Source of the DNA: Yuukianura sp. NJ FZ-2021 | Lineage: Eukaryota | NCBI GenBank assembly: GCA_046563655.1 | Contig: CM102289.1 | Span: 3,534,001-3,598,000, forward strand | Reading direction: 5' to 3' | Length of the DNA stretch: 64,000 bases | Shown here: positions 1 to 8,877 of the stretch, one piece after another | Layout: each line of letters begins with the position of its first letter | Numbering within the stretch: the stretch's first letter is position 1 | Notes under the pieces: model-generated | What the model saw: only the letters and a program-made list of their open reading frames with translations | The model's database searches: none | What the model was told of the DNA's origin: nothing | Made by a program: the position numbers and the translations under genes

Positions 1-363
1 AGTTTTTCCAAAAGTTTAAGGTCAGGTCACTTGACCTAACCATAAAAGTAGCATCCTGTTTTTGATCCAGTTTCTTAAAATCTTTTGAGAATCTGCCGAC
101 TTGTTTTCAATCTCCCTTTTCCAAATTCTAAAGTGCAAGGACTTTTACTGTCATAAAAGTCCTCATATGACGGTCACCCATGCAATAGCATTAGGTGACC
201 CCAAAAACTGTTTTTGCTCTCCATTCCAGTTTTATACTTTCTGTCCTTTTATTATGTTACAAACAGACCCTTAGCTAAGGACAATACCTTTTTGCTTAGT
301 ATAAATATTTCTGGAATCTCTGAATAAATCATCAGTATTCTTCCGAATCTCTTACTTACTACA
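1..363 (+). repeat. 5' LTR (truncated by window edge)
   Basis: Matches 7032-7395 except one A in an A-run near 130; ends ...TACA immediately before the PBS. Confidence 0.97.
300..336 (+). promoter_or_regulatory. LTR core promoter and polyA signal: TATAAATA (300-307), AATAAA (323-328), arthropod Inr-like TCAGT (332-336)
   Basis: Motifs seen directly; TATA-to-Inr spacing ~30 nt; same motifs at 7332, 7355 and 7364 in the 3' LTR. Confidence 0.65.
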
Positions 364-373
364 TGGTAGCAGA
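364..373 (+). other. Primer-binding site complementary to 3' end of initiator tRNA-Met
   Basis: TGGTAGCAGA directly after the LTR-terminal CA; complement of animal tRNAiMet 3' end (...UCUGCUACCA). Confidence 0.85.
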
Positions 374-737
374 TCAGGAGGTTGTCTAAAACAATAACGT
401 TTAAAGTCAAGATCTTTGAACAATAGGGAAAGCTCTCTTCATCCGAAAGCTCGGGTACACTCAAAGTCTGACAGTTGTACTCTAATTGCTCAACAAGTCG
501 CAGAGAAAAGATTTGTTGTCCAAGTTACGCATACAGTCAAAAGCTCCTCCCGCGTGGAGGGTGAAATTGGCTAGTTGTGCACCAAGTAACTAAGTGACAC
601 TTATCATCTCAATCCTACGGGTCGACTTAGAGACTTAGAGAGGAACGTTGGACACGGAGTTGTATCTGTGGTCAAAGGTGTCCGGAGCCCACCTATTGTT
701 CTAAATTTCATAAGAACAATATTTAAAACAATAAGAA

Positions 738-3700
738 ATGTCTACGCCAGCAACAACAACCAAGAAGAAAGTCGACATTACGCATGTCGTGAAGCTTAAT
801 GACAAAAACTACGAGGTGTGGCGGTTCCAGATAACCGCCATATTGAAAGCAGCCAAGTTGATGGGCGTCGTCGATGGGTCGAAGCCACGCCCCGCTGAAG
901 CCCAGGACCAGCCAGCATGGGATGAACTGGACAATGAAGCCCAGGCTCTTGTCATCCCAACTCTTGATGAACGAAACACAAGCCACGTGATCAGCTGTGG
1001 AACGTCCAAGGAGATAGTGGATCGCCTTAAAAGCATCCACTCCGACGCCAGCCAGCTCAACAAACAGCTTACGCTCTCAGCCTTCCTTAACTACAAAATC
1101 AAGGAAAATCAAACTCTCCAAGAAGCATTTGAGGATCTGGAGAAGCTCTCCAGAAGCCTCAAAGACATAGGCAGTCCAGTGGATGACTCTGTGGTCATCA
1201 CGAAACTTGTCACCGCGCTTCCAGACAAGTACATGGGATTCCGCAAGGCGTGGTTTAGCGTCACTCAAGCTGAGCAGACAATGCCGAACCTGCTCGCCCG
1301 TCTGAAGCAGGAAGACCTGGAGCACAACAATAAGCCACAAGCGGCTTCCAGCACCTCCAAGGCCTTCCAATGTCAAACAAATGGAAAGAAGAAAACAAAC
1401 ATTGCGGAGCTCAAAAAGAGAACAAATTGTGCGAAATGTGGACGCCGTGGCCACTGGGCGAAGGAATGCCGGAGCCCATCAACATCGAACGGCAACAATG
1501 GACAGCAAAACGGCAACAATGGGCAACATAGCGGCAACAATGGCGGAAAAGGGAGCCAACAGCAGCACAGATCTGCATCCGCCTTCATGGCAGGTGGAAT
1601 AGTCGATCCAGGGGACTGGGTCAGCGACAGCGGTGCCTCTCACCACATGACGGGGAATCGGGCTTGGCTGTTCAACTTCAAGCGATTTTCACAGCGAAGA
1701 ACTGTAGAATTGGCCAATGGCCAAAAGGCTCAGGCAACCGGATACGGAGATGTGAACATCCTCATCAAACAGAATGAGACGACACGCCATTTCCAAGATG
1801 ACGCTGATGTTCAATTCTGCCACGTCAAGCTAACCCACGTCTGGTTTGTGCCAGGCTTCCGCAACATCATCTCTGAAAGCGTGCTGACATCAAAAGGCTA
1901 TCTAATTTCAAGAAACCACTTTAGTACTCAGTACTATGGGCAAAATGGTGACTTCGACATGACTGCAACGCGCAAAGATGGCCTCTACGTCATGAACATA
2001 CGCACACTGAAGCCGGAGAACTCCGATCCAGAACCAGCAGAGCGGACCCGAGCCACCAAAAAGCGAAGGATGGGCATCCCGCCAGGATACGACATTCAGA
2101 AGTACCTACGCATGAAGACTGAAGTACGTCTTCTGGCCAACCAAATGAAGCAGATCAACGTCATCACCCAAGGAGAAGACAAGACACCACATTATGCAGC
2201 AATGGCCAATACCACTAGTAATGATAAACTAGTATGGTACTCCGATTCCGGAGCTTCCCAACACATTTGTGGCAATAAAGATTTTTTCACTTCTTATAAG
2301 CCTTTCTTAATTAAGAAAGAAGTTCACCAAACGTCAGGCTCACCAGTCCAAGCCCTTGGACAAGGTGATATTCTTGTAGAAGCAAAAATTGGTGGCAAAT
2401 TTGAAAAGAAAATTATTGAGGAAGTACTCTACATCCCAAACGCATCGAATCTGTTTTCCGAGACGATTATGGCACAGAAGGGGTACGTTATCACTAGAAA
2501 CGCCCAAGCAACAATGTTCACAAAAGACACCGGAGAGCCCGGTCCTACAGCCTACTTCCAAAACGGACTCTACATCATGGACTTCAAGCCACTTCAAGCC
2601 CAACATGCACTTAAATCCAGGATTGACGAAAGCATCTTATGGCACAAACGCTTGTGCCATATCAACTCAAGTTACGTTGCAGCCACGATCCAAAACGAAG
2701 CAGCCACGGGAATCAAGAACTTCAGCGAACGAGCAAAGTTAAACTGCGACGCCTGCCATCTAGGGAAGGAAACTAGGAAGCCCTTCCCATCATCAACTTC
2801 AAAGCGAAGCTGTCTTGTTGGCGAGATGGCCCACGCAGACCTCAGTGGAAAAATTGCTGTTACTTCACTAGGAGGTGCAAGCTACTTCCTCCTAGTGAAA
2901 GATGAAGCATCCGGATTCAAAGTTGTTTACTTCCTGAAACAAAAATCAGAAGCACCAAGAGCCGTTCAGGACTACATCAAGTTCATCGAGAACAAAACCG
3001 GAAATACGTTCAAAACACTACGAACAGATAATGGCACTGAGTTCGTCAATGACGAACTTCAGAGCCATCTAGCGGATCGCGGAATTACACACGAAACTTC
3101 TTCAGCTTATTGTCCCGAGTCCAACGGGAAAATAGAACGTGACATCCGCACAGTTAAAGAGGCAGCCAGAACTCTTCTTCAAGAGTTCAAAACACCAATC
3201 CATTTGTGGGGAGAAGCAGTAGCGACCTCTGTTTACGTCCTAAACAGAGTCATCAATAGGCAATCTGGCGAAACTACCGCTTACGAGCAAATCTTCAAGA
3301 AGAAACCCAAGTTAGCGCACTTACGTGTGTTCGGATGCACAGCTTATATGCACATCCCAGCAAGCAAACGATCTGTCTGGAAGCCCAAAAGTCAAAAGAT
3401 GATCTTTGTGGGCTATTCAAATGGCCAGTACCGTTTATACAATCCAGAAACGCGACAAATCGTGGAAGCCAGAAATGTTTCTTTTAGCGAAGAGGAGAAG
3501 TCCTCGGATCAACGGGTCATCATCAGATCAGCTGTATCAGAAGTTTTCCCTAAGGAAGAGGCCGAGGAAGACGCAAAGCAGGAGACAGATAGCGATCTTG
3601 GTAATGAAGAAGACGTAAAAGAAGAGGACGAAGAAGAGCTTGATATCAGCAATGCCGACACTGAACCTATGGATCCTGAGGATCTTTCAGCAATACAAGC

Positions 3701-6700
3701 CACGCCTACAATGGAAGTGTGCGTCCAAACCAATGATGGAAACTTTGTTACGAATGTTCCGATCAACAAATCGGTTGAAATTGACCTTCGAAAGAAGAAA
3801 AAGCCCTTCGAAATGGAACTAAGAGATCGAAAATCTCTCAAAACGCCCACAAAGTACCAAGCTAATATGGCTCAAGTGAGAGAGACTCCGTCGAACTACA
3901 ATGAAGCAATCAGAAGCGGAGACTCAGCTCAATGGATTCAAGCAATGAAAGAAGAAATCCAAAGCCATGAGACTAACAAGACATGGACAATTGTCCCAAG
4001 ACCAGTGAACACAAAAACTCTGGATAGCCGCTGGATCTACCGCATAAAGACTGGGACAGATGGCGCTGAGCTCTTCAAAGCTCGTCTTGTCGCTCGAGGA
4101 TTCCAACAACAGTACGGAATCGACTATGAGGACACATTTGCCTCCGTATGCAGATTTGAATCGCTTCGAATTATCTTAGCCATCTCAGCTGCTCTGAAAC
4201 ACACTCTACTGCAAATGGACATCAAAACCGCATTTCTTCACGGGGACCTCAAAGAGCAAATTTTCATGGAAGTTCCACAAGGTGTCACTGTCAATGGAAA
4301 CGTCGTGTGCAAACTAAACAAAAGTTTGTACGGTCTGAAGCAATCCCCAAGATGTTGGAATGAGAAATTCACGCAAGCTTTGTCCTCACTTGGATTCAAA
4401 GCCCTTCCAAGTGACAACTCCATCTTCATTGCCTCAAGCACAAAACAGCCGATCTACTTGGGACTCTACGTAGATGACTGCCTCATCTCTGCACCAGATC
4501 AAAAGATGGCACTTAAAGTAGTTGAAGGCATTCAGGAATTCTTTACATTGACGTTCAACAGTGCTGAGACTTTTGTTGGTCTCGAAATTACTACATGGGA
4601 CCAGGGGTACTTCATCTGCCAGCAAAAATATGTGAAGCAGTTACTCCTTCAATTCAATATGCAAGAATGTAAAGCCATATCCACTCCACTTCAGCCCACT
4701 GTGGAACTAGTAGCCGCGAAGGAATGTTCTAAGAACTTGCCGTTTCAACAACTTATTGGGGCATTACTATTCCTAAGTCGGTTGACTCGCCCTGACATTG
4801 CATACGCTGTATCCAAGCTCTCACAATTCAACAATGCGTATGACAATACGCATTGGGATCAAGCAAAGAACATTCTCCGCTATCTTTCCGGAACTCCAAA
4901 CTTTGGAATAAGCTACGAAAGAGGGAGCTCCTTGGAACTAATCGGATTTTCCGACTCAGACTTTGCCGGAGACAAAAATGATCGAAAGTCCACAAGCGGA
5001 TTCGTCTTCTTCCTTGGAAATTCACTTATCAGCTGGAAATCAGTGAAACAACCGATAATAGCAATGTCCTCAACAGAAGCCGAATACATTGCTTTAGCCG
5101 AAGCTTCAAGAGAAGCAATCTGGTTGAGAGCCCAAATTGAAGAACTTGGGATTAAGCAAAACAGCCCCACGCAGATCTTCGTCGACAACCAGAGTACTAT
5201 CAAGCTATCTCAAAATCCAGAATTTCACAAACGGACAAAGCACATAGATGTCAAATTCCACTACATCCGCGAACTTACCGCTAACAAGACAATTGAAGTT
5301 AAATATGTTCCCTCAGCGGAACAAAAAGCAGACATCTTTACAAAAACGCTTCAGAAAACAAAACATTCTACAATGGTGGAAAAACTTGGACTTTCTATGC
5401 CACCTATTGCAAGCAAGTTGTCACGGCTTGTGACTATGCTCATCATCATGTGTTTGTTTTGCACAACAAACGCATGGATGATGACTCAACCAGTGATTTG
5501 GAAGCCCTCGAAGCTTCCAGTTACAAGTGGAATTAATCAAGTACATCTATTGGTAAAGCTTCTCAGTCCTTGTGAACTACTCAATAACTCGACCATGCAC
5601 CCGGATCTTGTCATACCAGCACAAACAAAATGCAACAAAATATACAAAGAGCTATTTTTGGATGAAATCCAAATTCTCTGCCCAGGAACCGAAAGAACCG
5701 AGATTCATCATCAATCCAAACGAGAACTTGGACAGCACAAACGATTCGTTACGCTGATGGTAATAGCAGGCGCCATCATCATCACTGCCATTGTCGGAAT
5801 CGCTGTCGGTATTACCGGAACTGTCATTGCAGTACAAACAAAAAATGAGTTGCTGAACGTCCAAAACTTAATGGCCGAACAAGAAAAACGACTTGACGCC
5901 GAAGCAGCCCGACTCCTCGCAGCAGAAACCGCGATCAACGAGCTGAACCAAAATTTGAAAACGCTGGCTGACTATCTGAAAGAACACGAATCAGATTTTC
6001 AAACATTGAAAGCTTCGCAAGTAGACACCATTTTCGGAATTTCTTACATCACAAGCCGTCTACTTTATGGAAATCAAGTCATCAAAGAAGCAAGGAGGAA
6101 ATGGAGTACAAGGAAGCTCTATGCTCCTTTGTTTGACTTTTTCAACTTGACACTTCCGTGCAAAGATGACTGCCCGCTTCAACATGGAACTCCGCAGAAC
6201 TGCTGGATGTCCTACGACAAGACTAAGCTATACATGGACTTCACAGTTCCAGTCGTTAACAAGCAAGCCCATCTCGTGGAAGCCGATGCTTTTGTCCAAA
6301 TGCATCAAACAGAAAACGAGACATGCACCATCAACTACGTCGGACCACAGAACGCTGTCATTTCCACCGACAAGGACTGCATCATAACTACAAATGTCAA
6401 CAAGGGAGATATGGTTTACTTAGCCGACACAAAGTGTGTCTCGAGCGGATCACTTCCAAACCCGTCTTCATTCTTCTCGATGGGAAAATGCGATCCGAAA
6501 CATGAGAATGATGCCGCGTCGTTCGTTCAAATTAAGTACTTCGACAAGTACTACCACGTCTACTGCGCAGGAAACAACATAACTGTTGGTTCCGTCACAA
6601 AGGAATGCCCAAACGGAACCTTCTTGCTTCCACTCGCCTCTAACTTCCACATCAACAACCAGTACTACAAAGGAAATGAATTCAAGTTGGAGCACGAAGA

Positions 6701-7004
6701 AACATTGGCGCCATCTTTCACGTTCCAGACTAACTGGCATCTTCAACCGAAATTCAACTTGGACGAAATCATCGCAAAGGTTAAAGCGACCAAGGATATT
6801 CCAGTCGGTCCAGCCGCCACCATGGAAGACAAAGGAAGCAAGCACTCGCCCTGGTTCATCGCCTTCATTGCCCTACTCACGTTGATACTTCTATTTTTGG
6901 CAATTCTCATCTACCTCACGATGACTCGGAAGAAGATCAACGTCACCGCCCGGATTGCAAACCAGGATCCATCCGATGGAATTCAAATGGAAAATCGAGA
7001 TTGA
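738..7004 (+). CDS. Copia Gag-PR-PR-IN-RT-RNaseH-Env polyprotein, 2088 aa
   Basis: Copia Gag N-term (KLNDKNYEVWRF); CCHC knuckle CAKCGRRGHWAKEC 1428-1469; WVSDSGAS (1617) and WYSDSGAS (2235); LWHKRLCH..CDAC; HADL/RTDNGTEF/IER integrase triad; YVDD at 4467; FSDSDFAGD..ADIFTK RNase H; C-terminal glycoprotein. Confidence 0.97.
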   Translation: MSTPATTTKKKVDITHVVKLNDKNYEVWRFQITAILKAAKLMGVVDGSKPRPAEAQDQPAWDELDNEAQALVIPTLDERNTSHVISCGTSKEIVDRLKSIHSDASQLNKQLTLSAFLNYKIKENQTLQEAFEDLEKLSRSLKDIGSPVDDSVVITKLVTALPDKYMGFRKAWFSVTQAEQTMPNLLARLKQEDLEHNNKPQAASSTSKAFQCQTNGKKKTNIAELKKRTNCAKCGRRGHWAKECRSPSTSNGNNGQQNGNNGQHSGNNGGKGSQQQHRSASAFMAGGIVDPGDWVSDSGASHHMTGNRAWLFNFKRFSQRRTVELANGQKAQATGYGDVNILIKQNETTRHFQDDADVQFCHVKLTHVWFVPGFRNIISESVLTSKGYLISRNHFSTQYYGQNGDFDMTATRKDGLYVMNIRTLKPENSDPEPAERTRATKKRRMGIPPGYDIQKYLRMKTEVRLLANQMKQINVITQGEDKTPHYAAMANTTSNDKLVWYSDSGASQHICGNKDFFTSYKPFLIKKEVHQTSGSPVQALGQGDILVEAKIGGKFEKKIIEEVLYIPNASNLFSETIMAQKGYVITRNAQATMFTKDTGEPGPTAYFQNGLYIMDFKPLQAQHALKSRIDESILWHKRLCHINSSYVAATIQNEAATGIKNFSERAKLNCDACHLGKETRKPFPSSTSKRSCLVGEMAHADLSGKIAVTSLGGASYFLLVKDEASGFKVVYFLKQKSEAPRAVQDYIKFIENKTGNTFKTLRTDNGTEFVNDELQSHLADRGITHETSSAYCPESNGKIERDIRTVKEAARTLLQEFKTPIHLWGEAVATSVYVLNRVINRQSGETTAYEQIFKKKPKLAHLRVFGCTAYMHIPASKRSVWKPKSQKMIFVGYSNGQYRLYNPETRQIVEARNVSFSEEEKSSDQRVIIRSAVSEVFPKEEAEEDAKQETDSDLGNEEDVKEEDEEELDISNADTEPMDPEDLSAIQATPTMEVCVQTNDGNFVTNVPINKSVEIDLRKKKKPFEMELRDRKSLKTPTKYQANMAQVRETPSNYNEAIRSGDSAQWIQAMKEEIQSHETNKTWTIVPRPVNTKTLDSRWIYRIKTGTDGAELFKARLVARGFQQQYGIDYEDTFASVCRFESLRIILAISAALKHTLLQMDIKTAFLHGDLKEQIFMEVPQGVTVNGNVVCKLNKSLYGLKQSPRCWNEKFTQALSSLGFKALPSDNSIFIASSTKQPIYLGLYVDDCLISAPDQKMALKVVEGIQEFFTLTFNSAETFVGLEITTWDQGYFICQQKYVKQLLLQFNMQECKAISTPLQPTVELVAAKECSKNLPFQQLIGALLFLSRLTRPDIAYAVSKLSQFNNAYDNTHWDQAKNILRYLSGTPNFGISYERGSSLELIGFSDSDFAGDKNDRKSTSGFVFFLGNSLISWKSVKQPIIAMSSTEAEYIALAEASREAIWLRAQIEELGIKQNSPTQIFVDNQSTIKLSQNPEFHKRTKHIDVKFHYIRELTANKTIEVKYVPSAEQKADIFTKTLQKTKHSTMVEKLGLSMPPIASKLSRLVTMLIIMCLFCTTNAWMMTQPVIWKPSKLPVTSGINQVHLLVKLLSPCELLNNSTMHPDLVIPAQTKCNKIYKELFLDEIQILCPGTERTEIHHQSKRELGQHKRFVTLMVIAGAIIITAIVGIAVGITGTVIAVQTKNELLNVQNLMAEQEKRLDAEAARLLAAETAINELNQNLKTLADYLKEHESDFQTLKASQVDTIFGISYITSRLLYGNQVIKEARRKWSTRKLYAPLFDFFNLTLPCKDDCPLQHGTPQNCWMSYDKTKLYMDFTVPVVNKQAHLVEADAFVQMHQTENETCTINYVGPQNAVISTDKDCIITTNVNKGDMVYLADTKCVSSGSLPNPSSFFSMGKCDPKHENDAASFVQIKYFDKYYHVYCAGNNITVGSVTKECPNGTFLLPLASNFHINNQYYKGNEFKLEHEETLAPSFTFQTNWHLQPKFNLDEIIAKVKATKDIPVGPAATMEDKGSKHSPWFIAFIALLTLILLFLAILIYLTMTRKKINVTARIANQDPSDGIQMENRD
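1617..2000 (+). other. Aspartic protease domain 1 (DSG at 1626-1634)
   Basis: WVSDSGASHHMTG...GxGDV...VWFVPG..NIIS...KG...DGLYVM, the full copia protease pattern. Confidence 0.9.
2235..2585 (+). other. Aspartic protease domain 2 (DSG at 2244-2252)
   Basis: WYSDSGASQHICG...GQGDI...VLYIPN..NLFS...KG...NGLYIM, followed by the integrase HHCC region. Confidence 0.92.
5397..7004 (+). other. Env-like class I fusion glycoprotein domain (~535 aa) fused in frame after RNase H
   Basis: Signal-like MPPIASKLSRLVTMLIIMCLFCTTNA; SKR..HKR|FVTLMVIAGAIIITAIVGIAVGITGTVIAV at 5745; heptad-rich segment ~5835-6010; 12 ectodomain Cys; several NxS/T sequons; TM WFIAFIALLTLILLFLAILIYL 6852-6917; short basic tail. 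Confidence 0.85.
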
Positions 7005-7011
7005 GGGGTCG
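7001..7011 (+). other. Polypurine tract overlapping the ORF stop codon
   Basis: TTGAGGGGTCG immediately before the TG start of the 3' LTR. Confidence 0.75.
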
Positions 7012-7395
7012 TGTAATTAAAAATAAGTTTCAGTTTTTCCAAAAGTTTAAGGTCAGGTCACTTGACCTAACCATAAAAGTAGCATCCTGTTTTTGATCCA
7101 GTTTCTTAAAATCTTTTGAGAATCTGCCGACTTGTTTTCAATCTCCCTTTTCCAAATTCTAAAAGTGCAAGGACTTTTACTGTCATAAAAGTCCTCATAT
7201 GACGGTCACCCATGCAATAGCATTAGGTGACCCCAAAAACTGTTTTTGCTCTCCATTCCAGTTTTATACTTTCTGTCCTTTTATTATGTTACAAACAGAC
7301 CCTTAGCTAAGGACAATACCTTTTTGCTTAGTATAAATATTTCTGGAATCTCTGAATAAATCATCAGTATTCTTCCGAATCTCTTACTTACTACA
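7012..7395 (+). repeat. 3' LTR, 384 bp, TGTA...TACA
   Basis: TG...CA termini with 4-bp inverted ends; near-identical to 1-363; followed by AACTT (candidate 5-bp TSD, left copy outside window). Confidence 0.96.
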
Positions 7396-7531
7396 AACTT
7401 TTCTAACCTTTTACCTTTGCTTTTAATTGCTAACAAACACTTTTTTGAACAGTGAAGAAATGGAAAGTTATTTTAAGGCGCAGTGCTGTGTAGAAAACAC
7501 GCTGTGCTAAAGTTATGATAAAATTGCTTAC

Positions 7532-7603
7532 CTTTGCACCATTTGTAGGAGGGATAGATACAATTGCAACCACCACAAGAACTTCGAAAAGACTTCCAAC
7601 CAT
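7532..7603 (-). CDS. Signal-peptide first exon (MVGSLFEVLVVVAIVSIPPTNGAK|GT) of a paralog of the 8878-10751 Cys-rich gene; remainder not seen (retrotransposon follows)
   Basis: 72-nt exon with GTAAG donor, same length and similar sequence as 10680-10751; upstream ~7604-7975 resembles ~10752-11117. Confidence 0.75.
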
Positions 7604-8877
7604 TCTTAGGTCCTAAAATGTTGTTCTTCTACAAAACCGAAAATGACGATTTTAATGTTGTTATTAATTTAACAATATACTACTATTGGGAACAAGATTT
7701 ATTCTTACAAAAATATGGGAGTACGCGTATTAACTATAAGAACGCACGTTAAAACTTCAGAACCTAAATGGTTCTCCTGTTTGCACGCGTTTATCACTTC
7801 TTTCAAACGTTTACGATCTAATACAAAGGTAAAAGAAACGGCAGCCTTAAGTGTCGCTCACAAAATTGAAAGCAATTGTTAAATGGCCTAAACATGGCAA
7901 TCAAGTTGATCTTACAAGAAGAAGAACAAAATTGTTTAAAACTGACTACATTAAACATGAACGAACACGTCAATTCTAACCAAATTAAGGTGTAATGAAG
8001 TATGAAGCTGCTCGAGGCATGGAGAAATATGGCAGTCGCAGTTGCAAAACTTTTTTAGATATAGATATATATATATATATATTGGAAGTGCTAAACTCAT
8101 CCTCGGCTATTATAATCATAATTGTTTCTTGCAATTCTGCTTTCAAATCGTTTTCTAATTGGTATCTTTTACTCTCTTTGTATTGTAAACGGCTGAATTT
8201 CGTTTCATTACTCATCGCCATTCCAATATGATTGTAATTCGAATATTCTTACCTAACATTAGGAGCGTTTGTCTCCATTGCGACTAACCTCTAAATTCAA
8301 CAATGGAATCCTATAGTGTTAACAGACAGTTTCAGCATTTCCTTGGCCATTCTCATGTCAAAAAGATAAGGCCATATTAAAACATGCTTAAACAATTGCC
8401 ATCCAGTTGATTGGCCCCTGTTTTAGCTTCTGACGAAAAATATGGCTCTATTCTAGTATTTAGGATTCCACTACAGAATTAGGGTAACTTAATTTAGGAA
8501 CTATTTTGTGTGTCCAAAACAGCGGATTTCAAAGTATTCCAAAGCAACAAAAAAAAATCAGCAGAAATTCAAATTTGCATTAGGAAATTAAGACCACGAA
8601 TTCAAAAATGAAGTTAAAATTAAGTGGTTTTGGACAGTGCATTTGAATTTAGGCCGAATTTATTTCTGAGTAAGGTTATCTGCGGTTTAGTTTGCTGTAA
8701 TTTGAAACCATACTGTATTATTTAAAGCTTACTAATCGTTTAGAAGCTAACAATGAAAATGTAGCGAAAAAATGGCTAGAAAAAATTTTTCAACCGAATC
8801 TGTTTTCCAAATTAGAATTGTGTTTAACCTATTTTTTCGAAATCGTAAAACTCCAAAGACTGGCATGCATCATGGAG

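Larger units (their letters stand above)
1..7395 (+). mobile_element. Ty1/copia LTR retrotransposon, apparently intact, with duplicated protease and in-frame env-like domain (first ~20 bp of 5' LTR lie before the window)
   Basis: Direct repeats 1-363 and 7032-7395; PBS after 5' LTR; PPT before 3' LTR; single ORF in copia order PR-IN-RT-RH. Confidence 0.97.

Noticed and set aside
624..641. GACTTAGA tandem duplication in the element's 5' leader
   Set aside because: Too short to assign a function; likely slippage
723..6885. Many short antisense or alternate-frame ORFs inside the retrotransposon
   Set aside because: Shadows of the long polyprotein ORF; no recognisable motifs
7985..8231. Overlapping 78-aa ORFs across an (AT)n microsatellite
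   Set aside because: No motifs, low complexity; probably non-coding
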